Source: Planctomycetota bacterium (GTDB taxonomy: Bacteria; Planctomycetota; MHYJ01; WSZJ01). From it: a DNA stretch of 64,000 nt. A program made the position numbers and the translations under genes. How positions within the stretch are numbered: the stretch's first letter is position 1; every line of letters begins with the position of its first letter. Shown in pieces: positions 18,925-28,382 of this stretch. Where the stretch lies: NCBI GenBank assembly GCA_038060895.1, contig JBBTCT010000014.1:28549-92548 (forward strand), given 5' to 3'. The notes below the pieces were generated by a model. That model ran no database searches. It worked only from the letters and a program-made list of their open reading frames with translations, and had not been told where the DNA came from.

Positions 18925-21051
18925 ATGCGCGACGTAACCGTCCTTGTGACCCAGGCCCAGTCCGGCAACCGGGAGGCCCTCGGCGCGCTGGTCGCGGCGG
19001 TCCAGGACGACATCTGGCGGCTGCAGCTCTCGAGGACCGGCTCGGAAGCGGACGCTGAGGATGCGACCCAGGAGACGTTCGCGCGGATGATTGCTTCTCT
19101 CACCGAATTGCGGGACCCGCGGGCGTTCGCGGGGTGGCTCTACCGCATCGCGCTGAACCAGGCCCTGATGGCCGGCCGGCGACGCGCGGCGGACGCGAAA
19201 GCTCTCGCGGCCGTGGCTTCCACTTCCAGGGAACAAAAGGAGGAGGATGCCATGGAACGATCCGAGTTGAGACAGGCGGTGCGGCGTGCGGTCGAGGGGC
19301 TGGAAGCGAATCTCCGCGCGACCATCGAATTGCGATATGAGCACGACCTGGCGTACGCCGATATTGCGAGAGCTATGGACTGTCCGGAGGGCACCGTCGC
19401 GGATCGGCTGCACACGGCGCACGAGCGGCTGAAGCGCGCGCTGGCCGGCGCGGGAGTCGCGATCACCGTGGCGCTTCTCGAGAGCGAACTTTCCGCGGCG
19501 CCGCGATCGGCGGCTCCTCCGAGGCTGGCGGCGCGCGTCGCGAAGTCAGCAAGAGAGTTCCAGCCGGATCGCGGGATCTCTCCGAACGGGCCGCGTCGGA
19601 AGTCGGTGGCCGCGGGACTGACGGTCGCCCTGCTTGCTGCTCTTTTGCTGACCTGGTGGATGGCGCCTGTTCACCACAAGGATGAGGAGTCCACGGCCTC
19701 GGGTCCATCAAACGCAGGAAATCCAGTTGCAGGCCCGACGAAGAGTCCAGAGGCCGGGAAGCTTGCTTCCGAAGATTCGCGTCCGACCTCCCCCACTCCA
19801 CCTCGCGCAGGCAAGGCGCGCCTGACCGGCCGCGTCTTCGAGCGGGATACCGAACGCCCGCTCGCGGGGGCGACCGTGTGCCTTTTCTCAAGGTCGAGCG
19901 ATCCCAATATCGCCCCCGTCAAGGCGCAGTCCGACGCAGACGGCAGGTATTCCCTCGAAGCGCTTCCGGGCTCCTGGCGGATCGACGCGCTGGCGGCCGG
20001 GCACGTCTGCTATGCGGCCGAGCGCTGGTACGCCGTCAGCATCGCGAACTCGCCGCCCAGCGACGAGGAAGTCGTCGGCGCAACCCGTGTCGACCTGGCG
20101 GCGGACCAGGAGTTGACGAGGGATCTGCCCCTCGTGCCCGGCGTCCGGGTCGCCGGCCGCATCGTCGACGACATGGGCGCGGCGGTGCCGGGGGCCGCCG
20201 TTCAATTCATGATCCTCGCCGAGAGCCGGGAAGGCCGGGTGGGCTTCAGCGGCAACCAGTTCCGCCCGGGCGTGCTCTTCTCGGGCGTGGACGGGCGCTT
20301 CGAATGCGACGGCGTCTGGCCCCAGGGCAGCCTGGGCTTCACGGTGCTGCGCGAAGGCTACGAGAATGGCCGCGCCGGGTTCGAAATCGGGCCGCAGCCG
20401 AAGGAGACGACGATCGTGCTGAGGCGCCTTCCGGGCGCACACGTCTGGGGCACGGTGCGCGACGAACGCGGGCAGGCGTTGAAGGGCGCGTTCGTGTACT
20501 CGGGGAAGGAGCGCATGTTCTCGCCGCTGGAGGTCCCGACCAACGAGCTGGGACGCTTCGATTACGCCGACATCAGCGCCGACAGGCTTTTCCTCGTATG
20601 GTCGCCGGGCTACGGACTTGCCCAGTTCTCTTCCGACGTCCTTCCTCCCGGCGGCGCGGACGTCCGCTTGCGGGCCGCGGATGGGCGCGTCACGGGCGTG
20701 GTGGTGGACGCGCAGGGCCGTCCCGTGGCAGGCGCGGTCGTCCAGGTCACCCACATCGGGATCGTGAACGATTCCTGCCGCGCCTGGCTGGGATTTGTGG
20801 ACCCGACGGGCCGAACCGGCCTGAAGTCCAACTACAGCGACGCTTGCGGTTACCTGCCCGGGGATTTGAGAGCTCCCTCGGCCACCACGAGCGAAGACGG
20901 GCGCTTCGAATTCCCCGGCGTCTGCCTCGGTGAAGGCTGCGGGATCGAGCTGTTGGCGAAGCGCGACGGGCTCCCTGATGGAAACCTGGAGGTCCTGGAG
21001 CCGGGGGAAGCCCGGATCGTGATGGTGACCGACCGACCGGGGGAAAAATGA
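18925..21051 (+). CDS. ECF sigma factor-TM-carboxypeptidase-regulatory-like fusion (paralog 3)
   Basis: Same architecture as paralogs 1 and 2. Its sigma4 is nearly identical to paralog 2. Confidence 0.88.
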   Translation: MRDVTVLVTQAQSGNREALGALVAAVQDDIWRLQLSRTGSEADAEDATQETFARMIASLTELRDPRAFAGWLYRIALNQALMAGRRRAADAKALAAVASTSREQKEEDAMERSELRQAVRRAVEGLEANLRATIELRYEHDLAYADIARAMDCPEGTVADRLHTAHERLKRALAGAGVAITVALLESELSAAPRSAAPPRLAARVAKSAREFQPDRGISPNGPRRKSVAAGLTVALLAALLLTWWMAPVHHKDEESTASGPSNAGNPVAGPTKSPEAGKLASEDSRPTSPTPPRAGKARLTGRVFERDTERPLAGATVCLFSRSSDPNIAPVKAQSDADGRYSLEALPGSWRIDALAAGHVCYAAERWYAVSIANSPPSDEEVVGATRVDLAADQELTRDLPLVPGVRVAGRIVDDMGAAVPGAAVQFMILAESREGRVGFSGNQFRPGVLFSGVDGRFECDGVWPQGSLGFTVLREGYENGRAGFEIGPQPKETTIVLRRLPGAHVWGTVRDERGQALKGAFVYSGKERMFSPLEVPTNELGRFDYADISADRLFLVWSPGYGLAQFSSDVLPPGGADVRLRAADGRVTGVVVDAQGRPVAGAVVQVTHIGIVNDSCRAWLGFVDPTGRTGLKSNYSDACGYLPGDLRAPSATTSEDGRFEFPGVCLGEGCGIELLAKRDGLPDGNLEVLEPGEARIVMVTDRPGEK

Positions 21052-21058
21052 ATCGCGC

Positions 21059-21087
21059 TTGACAGGATTTCGCCCGATTCGTAGCTT
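21059..21087 (+). promoter_or_regulatory. Sigma70 promoter TTGACA-N17-TAGCTT
   Basis: Consensus -35 with 17-bp spacing. It places +1 at about the first base of the riboswitch. Confidence 0.75.
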
Positions 21088-21093
21088 GCCCGA

Positions 21094-21199
21094 CCTCTTA
21101 TCCAGACCGGCCGAGGGATGTGGCCCGACGACGCCGGGGCAACCGCCTGAAAAGGAAAGGTGCCAATTCCCACCCGCGACAGGCGGGGGAGATAAGAGG
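21094..21199 (+). ncRNA. SAM-I (S-box) riboswitch
   Basis: P1 CCTCTTATC/GATAAGAGG and conserved ATCCAGA, GAGGGA..TGGCCCGACGA, GGCAACC and GGTGCCAATTCC. Confidence 0.92.
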
Positions 21200-21214
21200 G
21201 GAAGCCTCGTCGCC

Positions 21215-21250
21215 AACCCTCGTCTCCCCACAAAGGAACGAGGGTTTTTT
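21215..21250 (+). terminator. Riboswitch expression platform (terminator / RBS-sequestering hairpin)
   Basis: AACCCTCGT...ACGAGGGTT followed by a T-run, ending immediately before the hom GTG and covering its SD-like purines. Confidence 0.7.
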
Positions 21251-21251
21251 C

Positions 21252-22565
21252 GTGGCGCAGATCACGCTGGGGCTGATCGGGCTCGGGACCGTGGGGACGG
21301 GCGTGGTGCGCCTGCTCCGCGAGAACGGCGACCTGATCGAGAAAAAGACGGGCATCCAGTTCCGCCTGAAAAAGATCGCCGACCGCGGGATTCACCAGTT
21401 CAGGGAATTCCCGCTGGACGGTTACGAGCTGGCCGAGAAGGCGGAAGCGGTGCTCGAGGATCCGGAGATCGAGATTGCGATCGAGCTGATCGGCGGCTAC
21501 GAGCCCGCGCGCACCTACCTTCTCCAGGCGATCGAGCGCGGAAAGCACGTCGTCACCGCGAACAAGGCGCTTCTTGCGAAATTCGGAGGCGAAATTTTCG
21601 CACTGGCGGACAAGGTCGGGGTCGAGGTGGGCTTCGAAGGAAGCGTCGCCGGCACCGTGCCGATCATCCGCGTGCTGCAGGACGGCCTCGCCGCGAACCG
21701 GATCGAGAAGGTCGCGGGGATCGTGAACGGGACGACGAATTTCATCCTGACGCGGATGACGGAAGAAGGACTGACGTACGAAGCAGCGCTTGCCGAAGCG
21801 ACGAAGCGGGGCTTTGCGGAGGCGGACCCGACGCTCGACGTGGACGGCGAGGACGCGGCGCACAAGCTGGCGATCCTGGCGACGCTCGCGTTCGGCGTGA
21901 GGCCCGAGCGCGGCGACATCCACGTCGAAGGGATCCGCGAACTTGGCCCCGAGGACATGGCGTTCGCGCGCGAGAACGGGTACGTCATCAAGCTGCTCGC
22001 CATCGGCCGCAAGACCAACGGCCACGTTGAGCTGCGCGTCCACCCCACTCTCGTCCCGAAGAACCACCCGCTCGCGGCGGTGCGCGACGAATTCAACGCC
22101 GTGTTCGTGAAGGGGGACGCTTCGCGCGAGACGATGTACTACGGCCGTGGCGCCGGGCAGATGCCGACCGCGTCGGCGGTGCTCAGCGACATCATCGAGA
22201 TCGCGGAACGCGCGCTCCACTCGCCGCGCGGGACGAAGCTCCCCGAGACGCGCGTCCGAAAGCGAACGCTGTACTGGAGCTCCGACAAGTTCCGACCGAT
22301 CTACGAAGTCCGTACTCGCTATTACCTGCGCTTCCCCATCGCCGACACGCCCGGCGCCATCGGGACGCTCACGACGATCCTCGGGCGCCACGGCGTCTCG
22401 ATTGCGGCGGTCCGCGCTTCGATCGTGGATTCCTCGGCGAAGAAAGGACGGATTGAGATCCTGACGCACGAGGCCGAGGAAATGGCGGTGAAGGTGTCGT
22501 GCTCGGAGATCGACGCGACGGGGATTCTACGGGACCGGCCGCGGTTGATCCGGGTTGAGGAGTAG
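21252..22565 (+). CDS. hom: Homoserine dehydrogenase with C-terminal ACT domain
   Basis: GLGTVGTGV, ELIGG, GKHVVTANKA, GIVNGTTNFIL, GFAEADPTLDVDG.DAAHKL and YGRGAG..PTASAV. Confidence 0.96.
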   Translation: MAQITLGLIGLGTVGTGVVRLLRENGDLIEKKTGIQFRLKKIADRGIHQFREFPLDGYELAEKAEAVLEDPEIEIAIELIGGYEPARTYLLQAIERGKHVVTANKALLAKFGGEIFALADKVGVEVGFEGSVAGTVPIIRVLQDGLAANRIEKVAGIVNGTTNFILTRMTEEGLTYEAALAEATKRGFAEADPTLDVDGEDAAHKLAILATLAFGVRPERGDIHVEGIRELGPEDMAFARENGYVIKLLAIGRKTNGHVELRVHPTLVPKNHPLAAVRDEFNAVFVKGDASRETMYYGRGAGQMPTASAVLSDIIEIAERALHSPRGTKLPETRVRKRTLYWSSDKFRPIYEVRTRYYLRFPIADTPGAIGTLTTILGRHGVSIAAVRASIVDSSAKKGRIEILTHEAEEMAVKVSCSEIDATGILRDRPRLIRVEE

Positions 22566-22574
22566 AAGGGCTTG

Positions 22575-22633
22575 TTCGGGGTTTCGGGTTCCGGAAGTTG
22601 AGTTCCGGGATCCGGGTTCCGAGTTCCGACTTC
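22575..22633. repeat. Degenerate heptamer tandem repeats (GTTCCGG/GTTCCGA-like)
   Basis: ttcggg gtttcgg gttccgg aagttga gttccgg gatccgg gttccga gttccga, in the hom-thrB spacer. Confidence 0.55.
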
Positions 22634-22666
22634 GGCTAAGTGTTGCGAGTTGAGGGTCTTGACGAG

Positions 22667-23635
22667 ATGGGCACGCTGGCCATTACAAAGGCATTCCAGG
22701 TAACCGCGGGGGAGGGGCGCAAGCCCGTTCTCCGGGCGAAACCGCTTAAGGCGGGCGAGGACGTCACCGTCCGCGCGCCTGCCACGACGTCCAACCTCGG
22801 GCCTGGGTTCGATGCGTTCGGGTTGGCGCTGACGCTGGAGAATGAAGCGGCGTTCGTGGCCGCAGAGCGGTGGCACGTCGAAATCAACGGCGAAGGCGCC
22901 GGAGCCTTGCCGACGGACGAGACCAATCTCATCGTGAAGGCCTGCAAGCTGGGGCTCGAGACGTGGGGAAGCGCGCTCAAGGCGCGGATTTCGTGCGTGA
23001 ACCGGATCCCGCTCGGGCGCGGGCTCGGGTCGAGCGCGGCGGCGATCGTGACGGGGCTCGCGGGCGCGGCGGCGCTTTCGGGGAAAAACCCGGGGCGCGA
23101 AGAGATCCTCACGCTGGCGCTCGAGCTGGAGCCGCACCCCGACAATCTTGCGGCGTGCCTCTGGGGGTCTTTCACGATCGCGGCGCCGCCCCACGTCGTG
23201 ACGCTGCCGTGGCCGGAGACGCTGCGCGTCGTCGCGGCCATACCGGACTTCGCCGTCGAGACCGCGAAGGCCCGCGCCCTTCTTCCGAAGTCGATCGCGC
23301 GTGAAGACGCAGTCCACAACATCGCGCGCGCCGCCGTCCTCGCCGCGGCCCTCGCTTCCGATTCGTTCCTGCCCCCGTGGGCGCTCGACGACCGCCTGCA
23401 CCAGGATCATCGCGCGCCGCTCGTGAAGGCGTGGCCTGCGGCGCGCGAGGCCGCGATCAGGGCCGGCGCGCTCGGCGCGGCCATCTCGGGTTCCGGGCCG
23501 ACGCTCGTCGCTTTTACCACGTCGCACGCGAAGGACGTCGGGGCCGCGCTCGCGGCGGAATTCAGCAAAGTCGGCGCCAGGGCGCGCGTGCTCGAACTCG
23601 GAGCCGCCCCCGGCGCTTCATGGGAGAAATCATGA
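22667..23635 (+). CDS. thrB: Homoserine kinase
   Basis: PATTSNLGPGFD, GHMP motif IPLGRGLGSSAA, EPHPDN, DRLHQ..R and ISGSGPT. Confidence 0.93.
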   Translation: MGTLAITKAFQVTAGEGRKPVLRAKPLKAGEDVTVRAPATTSNLGPGFDAFGLALTLENEAAFVAAERWHVEINGEGAGALPTDETNLIVKACKLGLETWGSALKARISCVNRIPLGRGLGSSAAAIVTGLAGAAALSGKNPGREEILTLALELEPHPDNLAACLWGSFTIAAPPHVVTLPWPETLRVVAAIPDFAVETAKARALLPKSIAREDAVHNIARAAVLAAALASDSFLPPWALDDRLHQDHRAPLVKAWPAAREAAIRAGALGAAISGSGPTLVAFTTSHAKDVGAALAAEFSKVGARARVLELGAAPGASWEKS

Positions 23636-24888
23636 CCACAGCCACGTCACCCCGCGCCGCCACGGCAGCGCGGCTCAAGGGTCTGAAGTGCCGCGAGTGC
23701 GGCGCCGTCGTGCCGATCGGGCCGGTGTATGTCTGCGAAGATTGCTACGGGCCGCTCGAGGTGATCTACGACTACGACGAGATCCGGCGGCAGATGACGC
23801 GCGAGTCGGTCGCGAAAGGGCCGCGGTCGATCTGGCGGTACCTGCCGCTTCTGCCGGTGAGCGAAGACTGCATCGTGACGCTTCATGAGGGCTGCACCCC
23901 GCTCGTGCCGGCGCCGCGTCTCGGCAAGGAGCTGGGACTCACGAACCTCTGGATCAAGAACGACGCCGTGAACCCGACGTACTCGTTCAAGGACCGGGTG
24001 GTCGCCTGCGCGGTGAGCCGCGCGAAGGAATTCGGGTTCGACACGGTGTCGTGCGCTTCGACGGGCAATCTCGGTTGCAGCGTCGCGGCATTTGGCGGCG
24101 TGAGCGGGATGAAGGCGGTGGTGTTCATCCCGCACGACCTCGAGCCTTCGAAGATCGTGGGGATCGGGAGCTATTCGCCGACGCTGATCGCGGTCGAAGG
24201 GACGTACGACGACGTGAACCGCCTGTGCGCCGAGATCAGCGCGACGAAGAACTGGGCGTTCGTGAACATCAACCTGCGGCCGTTCTACAGCGAAGGCTCG
24301 AAGACACTGGCGTTCGAGGTCGCCGAGCAGCTCGGCTGGCGCGCGCCGGACCATGTCGTCGTGCCGATCGCGAGCGGAAGCCTGCTCTGCAAGATTTACA
24401 AGGGGCTGCACGAGCTCGAGACGCTGGGGCTGATCGGCGAAGTCAAAACCCGCGTGAGCGGCGCGCAGGGCGCCGGCTGTTCGCCCGTCGCGACGGCGTT
24501 CGCGCAGGGGAAGGACGAGATCGTCCCGGTGAAGCCGAACACGATCGCCAAGTCGCTCGCGATCGGCAATCCCGCCGACGGGCCGTACGCGCTCGACATC
24601 ATCCGCAAGACCGGCGGGTCCGCGGCCGGCATCAGCGACGACGACATCGTCGCCGCCATCAAGCTCCTCGCCCGCACGGAGGGGATCTTCACGGAGACCG
24701 CCGGCGGCGCGACGATCGGGACCCTCGTGAAACTCGCGCGGGAAGGAAAGATCGGCAGGGACGAACTCACCGTCGCCTACATCACCGGGAACGGCTACAA
24801 GACGCAGGAGGCGATTGTGCCGACGCTCGCGAAACCGCCCGTGATCAAGCCGACGCTGAAGGACGTGGAAGCGATCCTCGGCAAGTAG
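23632..24888 (+). CDS. thrC: Threonine synthase family PLP enzyme (Zn-ribbon N-terminus)
   Basis: CRECG..CEDCYGPL, NPTYSFKDR (PLP Lys), ASTGN, EGSKTLAFE, TIAKSLAIGNPADG and TGNGYKT. Confidence 0.88.
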   Translation: MTTATSPRAATAARLKGLKCRECGAVVPIGPVYVCEDCYGPLEVIYDYDEIRRQMTRESVAKGPRSIWRYLPLLPVSEDCIVTLHEGCTPLVPAPRLGKELGLTNLWIKNDAVNPTYSFKDRVVACAVSRAKEFGFDTVSCASTGNLGCSVAAFGGVSGMKAVVFIPHDLEPSKIVGIGSYSPTLIAVEGTYDDVNRLCAEISATKNWAFVNINLRPFYSEGSKTLAFEVAEQLGWRAPDHVVVPIASGSLLCKIYKGLHELETLGLIGEVKTRVSGAQGAGCSPVATAFAQGKDEIVPVKPNTIAKSLAIGNPADGPYALDIIRKTGGSAAGISDDDIVAAIKLLARTEGIFTETAGGATIGTLVKLAREGKIGRDELTVAYITGNGYKTQEAIVPTLAKPPVIKPTLKDVEAILGK

Positions 24889-24890
24889 CC

Positions 24891-25898
24891 CTACTCCTTC
24901 TTCGGCTCCGCCGGCTTGATGCCCCACTTGTCCTCGAGGAGGCCGACCGCTTTCACACGATCAGCCGCCTTGTCGGGAATGGTCATGACGTACGCCTTCG
25001 GGTCGCCGCCGAGTCTTCCCAGCGAGGTCATCGCGTTGGCCCAGATCGCGCCGTCCCCGCCCGGGTCCAGCACGCCTTCGATGGCGCCGAGCCGCCGCGC
25101 GACTCTCAGGAGCGCGGGGACCCCCGCCTTGCCGAGCTTCTCAAGCGCCTGGATTCCGCTCTCCCGGTCACGCCACGCCTTCGAGGAATCCAGCGCCAGC
25201 TTTTCCCCCAGTTCGTCCGCATGCGCGTCCTCCATTCCCGCCAGCGCCGTTGCCGCCTGCGAACGGACCATGTGGTCGGCGTCCTCCTGGAGCGGCAGCG
25301 CCCGGATCACGTCCAGGTCCTTCTCCCCGACAAATTCCCACGCTACCTTCCCCAGCGCGCCGAGGTCCTCGAGCGCGTGAATCGCCGGCCAGCGCTTCTT
25401 GCCGTGCGCGCGGATGTCCACCATCAGCCCCGCGATCCCCGACCTGCGCCACTCCTGGCGATCCTTCGATTTGTTCGCTTCCCACCACGTCGCCCAGGTC
25501 GGCGGCGGCACCCCGGGCTTGCCGCCCCCCTCCCCGATCTCTGAAAGCATGTCGTGGTCTTCCGCCGACATGCACCCCGCACTCGGCGCCTTCGCCCGCT
25601 GGATGCGGCTCCACGTCATGGCAAAGAGAGCTTCGTGCGCCATGAACCAGTGAAGGGCCGACGGCATCCCTTTCGGGTCGTTGATCAGCGCGATCAGCGC
25701 CGGAATCGCCTCGCGGCATTCCTCGGTGGTCGCGCTGCCGAAGGGCGCCAGCAACGCGGCCTCGCGCTCCGGCTGGAACTGGTACTGGCCCTTTTCCGAC
25801 GATTCTTTGAGCGTCTTCATCCAGTCCGACGGCGTTTCAGCGCGCGCCGCCACCGCCATCAAGCACGTCACCACGGCCGGAATCTGGAACGCGCGCAT
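24891..25898 (-). CDS. Secreted HEAT-repeat-like hypothetical protein
   Basis: Signal peptide ending in ARA, and helical repeats AIPALIAL, VRSQAATAL and ALEKLG..GVPALL. Confidence 0.65.
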   Translation of the reverse strand: MRAFQIPAVVTCLMAVAARAETPSDWMKTLKESSEKGQYQFQPEREAALLAPFGSATTEECREAIPALIALINDPKGMPSALHWFMAHEALFAMTWSRIQRAKAPSAGCMSAEDHDMLSEIGEGGGKPGVPPPTWATWWEANKSKDRQEWRRSGIAGLMVDIRAHGKKRWPAIHALEDLGALGKVAWEFVGEKDLDVIRALPLQEDADHMVRSQAATALAGMEDAHADELGEKLALDSSKAWRDRESGIQALEKLGKAGVPALLRVARRLGAIEGVLDPGGDGAIWANAMTSLGRLGGDPKAYVMTIPDKAADRVKAVGLLEDKWGIKPAEPKKE

Positions 25899-26002
25899 GG
25901 ACGTCTCCCTCCCAGCGGTTTCTCTTCGCCATTGGACGAAATTGCGGCGGGAAAGTTCGGAGGATTCGCGATGACCCGGCCAGGCATACAATTCCCGCCC
26001 CC

Positions 26003-27142
26003 ATGCGCAGCGTCACCCTCGGGAAGAAACTCGACCGCGCGATCCGCGCCGGGGCGCCGTGGATCTATCGCGACGCCCTCGACCGGCCTCCGCGGCTGCG
26101 CGACGGGGAAGTCGTCACCGTCGAGACGGGCGCGGGCCGGCCGGTCGCAACGGGTTTCTGGGACACCCGGTCGGCCATCGCCGTGCGTGTTCTGGAAGCG
26201 GGGCCCGTGGAGGATCCGCCGGCGCTGGTTGAGACCCGCCTCCGGGAAGCCCTTGCCCGGCGTCTCACGGCGCTCGACCGCACTCGCACGAACGCCTTCC
26301 GCTGGGTCCACGGCGAGGCCGACCGCCTCCCCGGGCTCCACGCCGACCTCTATGACGACGTTGCCGTCCTGCGCTTCGACGGCGGCGGCGCGCGCGAATT
26401 CTACGCACACGTCGCGAAGCAGCTGGCGGGCGCCACGACGCTGCGCGGCGCCATCGACCGCGACGGCACCGTGCTCGCCGGTCGCGTCCCGGAGACCTTG
26501 ACGGTTCGCGAAAACGGACTGCTCTTCGAAGTCTCGCCCGGACGCGCTTCCAAGGGCGGCCTCTTTCTCGACCAGCGCGAGAATCGCGAACGCGTCGAAA
26601 TGCTCTCCAGCGGCTCTTCCGTGCTCAACCTGTTCGGTTACACCGGCGGCTTCTCACTCTACGCCGCCCGCGGCGGCGCCGCCTCGACCGACACCGTCGA
26701 TGTCTCCCGCCCCGCCCTCGCCGCCGCGCGTCGCAACTTCGCGCTGAACGCTCTTCCCCTCGCCCTTGCGCGATTTCACGAAGCGGACGTTTTCGATTTC
26801 CTGGAAGCGGGTTCAGGCCGCCGCAGGTTCTGGGACCTCGTGATCAGCGACCCACCGAGTTTCGCGCCGAGCCGCGTTTCGCTGCCGGCGGCGCGCCGGG
26901 CCTACTTCCGGCTTCACCAGCTCGCCGTCGCGGTCACGAGTCCCGGCGGTTTGCTGTGCGCCGCTTCCTGCTCCAGCCATTTCTCTCGCGAGGAACATCT
27001 GGAAAATGTGCGTGAAGCGGCGCGGTCGCGCGGTCGCCGCTTCGAAGTTCTCGAGGTTCACGGAGCCGGATGCGACCACCCCGTGATCCCGGCGTTTCCC
27101 GAAGGGGACTACCTGAAGTTTGCGATCGGCCGCGTGCGGTAG
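26003..27142 (+). CDS. RlmI-like class I SAM-dependent rRNA methyltransferase
   Basis: PUA-like N-terminus (G.PWIY), HGEADRLPGL, GLFLDQRENR, VLNLFGYTGGFS, DPPSFA and PEGDYLK. Confidence 0.9.
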   Translation: MRSVTLGKKLDRAIRAGAPWIYRDALDRPPRLRDGEVVTVETGAGRPVATGFWDTRSAIAVRVLEAGPVEDPPALVETRLREALARRLTALDRTRTNAFRWVHGEADRLPGLHADLYDDVAVLRFDGGGAREFYAHVAKQLAGATTLRGAIDRDGTVLAGRVPETLTVRENGLLFEVSPGRASKGGLFLDQRENRERVEMLSSGSSVLNLFGYTGGFSLYAARGGAASTDTVDVSRPALAAARRNFALNALPLALARFHEADVFDFLEAGSGRRRFWDLVISDPPSFAPSRVSLPAARRAYFRLHQLAVAVTSPGGLLCAASCSSHFSREEHLENVREAARSRGRRFEVLEVHGAGCDHPVIPAFPEGDYLKFAIGRVR

Positions 27143-27233
27143 CGTTGCCCAACGCGCCCCTGGTCGGCCTGGTTCGGGTTCCTGACGGCGCCGCGAACCC
27201 ATAGACGAATCCCTGCGGGAAACATGAAAGCCC

Positions 27234-27262
27234 GGGGCGTGGGCCAACACAGCTCACGCCCC
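27234..27262. terminator. Hairpin between convergent genes
   Basis: GGGGCGTGGGC-caacaca-GCTCACGCCCC. Confidence 0.55.
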
Positions 27263-27269
27263 GAGCCGG

Positions 27270-28382
27270 TTACCTCGAGAGCGCCCCCCTCACGAGCGCC
27301 CTGAGGACTTCACTCTTCTTTACTACCTGTGCGAGCGGGGCTGCCGCGTTCTCGTATGTTCCGATGACGTTCGCTCCTGAAGCCGTCCCGCGCAGCGACC
27401 GGTCGCGCCTCGCCCGAAGGACGTCAACACGCGACGAATTCTCGGACCCGTACGCCGCCGTTGCCACAATGCAGTACTTGTCTTTGTACCGGCGGTACTT
27501 CCCCTTCAGCCCTCCTCCATAGTCATCATCGTCGTCGTCCGACGAGCTGCTGCCGCTGCCGTTGGCCGCGGGAGGAGGCGTGGCGCCGGGTTCTTCATTC
27601 CACACGCCTGGATCCTGAGGCGGCGGAGGGGGAGGAAGTGGAGGCAGAGGAGAAGCCGGCGGCATTGGCGGGAGTGGAGACGGTGGAGGCGGCGGAGGAG
27701 GCGGCGGTGGCGGCGGAGGAGGAGGAGGCGGCGGTGGAGGCGGCGATGACTCGTCGATCCCGTCCGCGACCGTCCCCGTTCCGTAGAGCGTCACGACTCC
27801 CCCGATGTCGTCCGGTTGGAGATCCGACACCGAGCCCACGACAGGATTCATGATGGCCGTCGCCTTGGTCTCGTGGCCGAGACCAATGGCGTGCCCGAAT
27901 TCATGAAGTGCGACTTTGCGCATGAGGACCGCGTCTCCCCACGTGAAATGCACTCCGTTGAATTCGACATCCGCGTCCGACATGACTCCGGAGGAATAGT
28001 CGAAGGAACACACCCCGATCGCGCTGGAGCCGAATCCCCAGGACGATTCTTCCCAGCCTGCGATGTGGTTTCCGTCGCCGGTCGCGGCCGCGACAAGCGT
28101 CGTGCCGGTGTAGCGAAGATCCAGATTGCCGACCGTCGCGTCTTCCCACGCCTTAAGGCAGTCGATCAAGACAACCCACTCGCCCTCCTTGTCCGCCATC
28201 GCACCAGCCATGTCTGGCGTCCCCGCCGCGGCAAACATCCAGTCCACGTTCCCCCCCGACGAAGTGCCCAGCGCCCCACCGCCCCACTTTGGCGGCGGCG
28301 GACCATAGAACACGTACCCGCTCGATTTGGGCGGAAGCGCCAGCATGACGGCGAGTGCGCTGAAGGCCAGGAAGCGCTTCAT
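27270..28382 (-). CDS. Matrixin (M10) zinc metalloprotease with poly-Pro linker and CFI-box-CTERM-like domain
   Basis: Signal peptide, DADVEFN, HEFGHAIGLGH, Met-turn AIMNP, and C-terminal CIVATAAYGS...VDVLR..RD..L. Confidence 0.88.
   Translation of the reverse strand: MKRFLAFSALAVMLALPPKSSGYVFYGPPPPKWGGGALGTSSGGNVDWMFAAAGTPDMAGAMADKEGEWVVLIDCLKAWEDATVGNLDLRYTGTTLVAAATGDGNHIAGWEESSWGFGSSAIGVCSFDYSSGVMSDADVEFNGVHFTWGDAVLMRKVALHEFGHAIGLGHETKATAIMNPVVGSVSDLQPDDIGGVVTLYGTGTVADGIDESSPPPPPPPPPPPPPPPPPPPPPSPLPPMPPASPLPPLPPPPPPQDPGVWNEEPGATPPPAANGSGSSSSDDDDDDYGGGLKGKYRRYKDKYCIVATAAYGSENSSRVDVLRARRDRSLRGTASGANVIGTYENAAAPLAQVVKKSEVLRALVRGALSR

Noticed and set aside
21120-21251. N-terminal extension of hom in the ORF track
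   Set aside because: It overlaps the SAM-I aptamer. Homology begins at GTG 21252.
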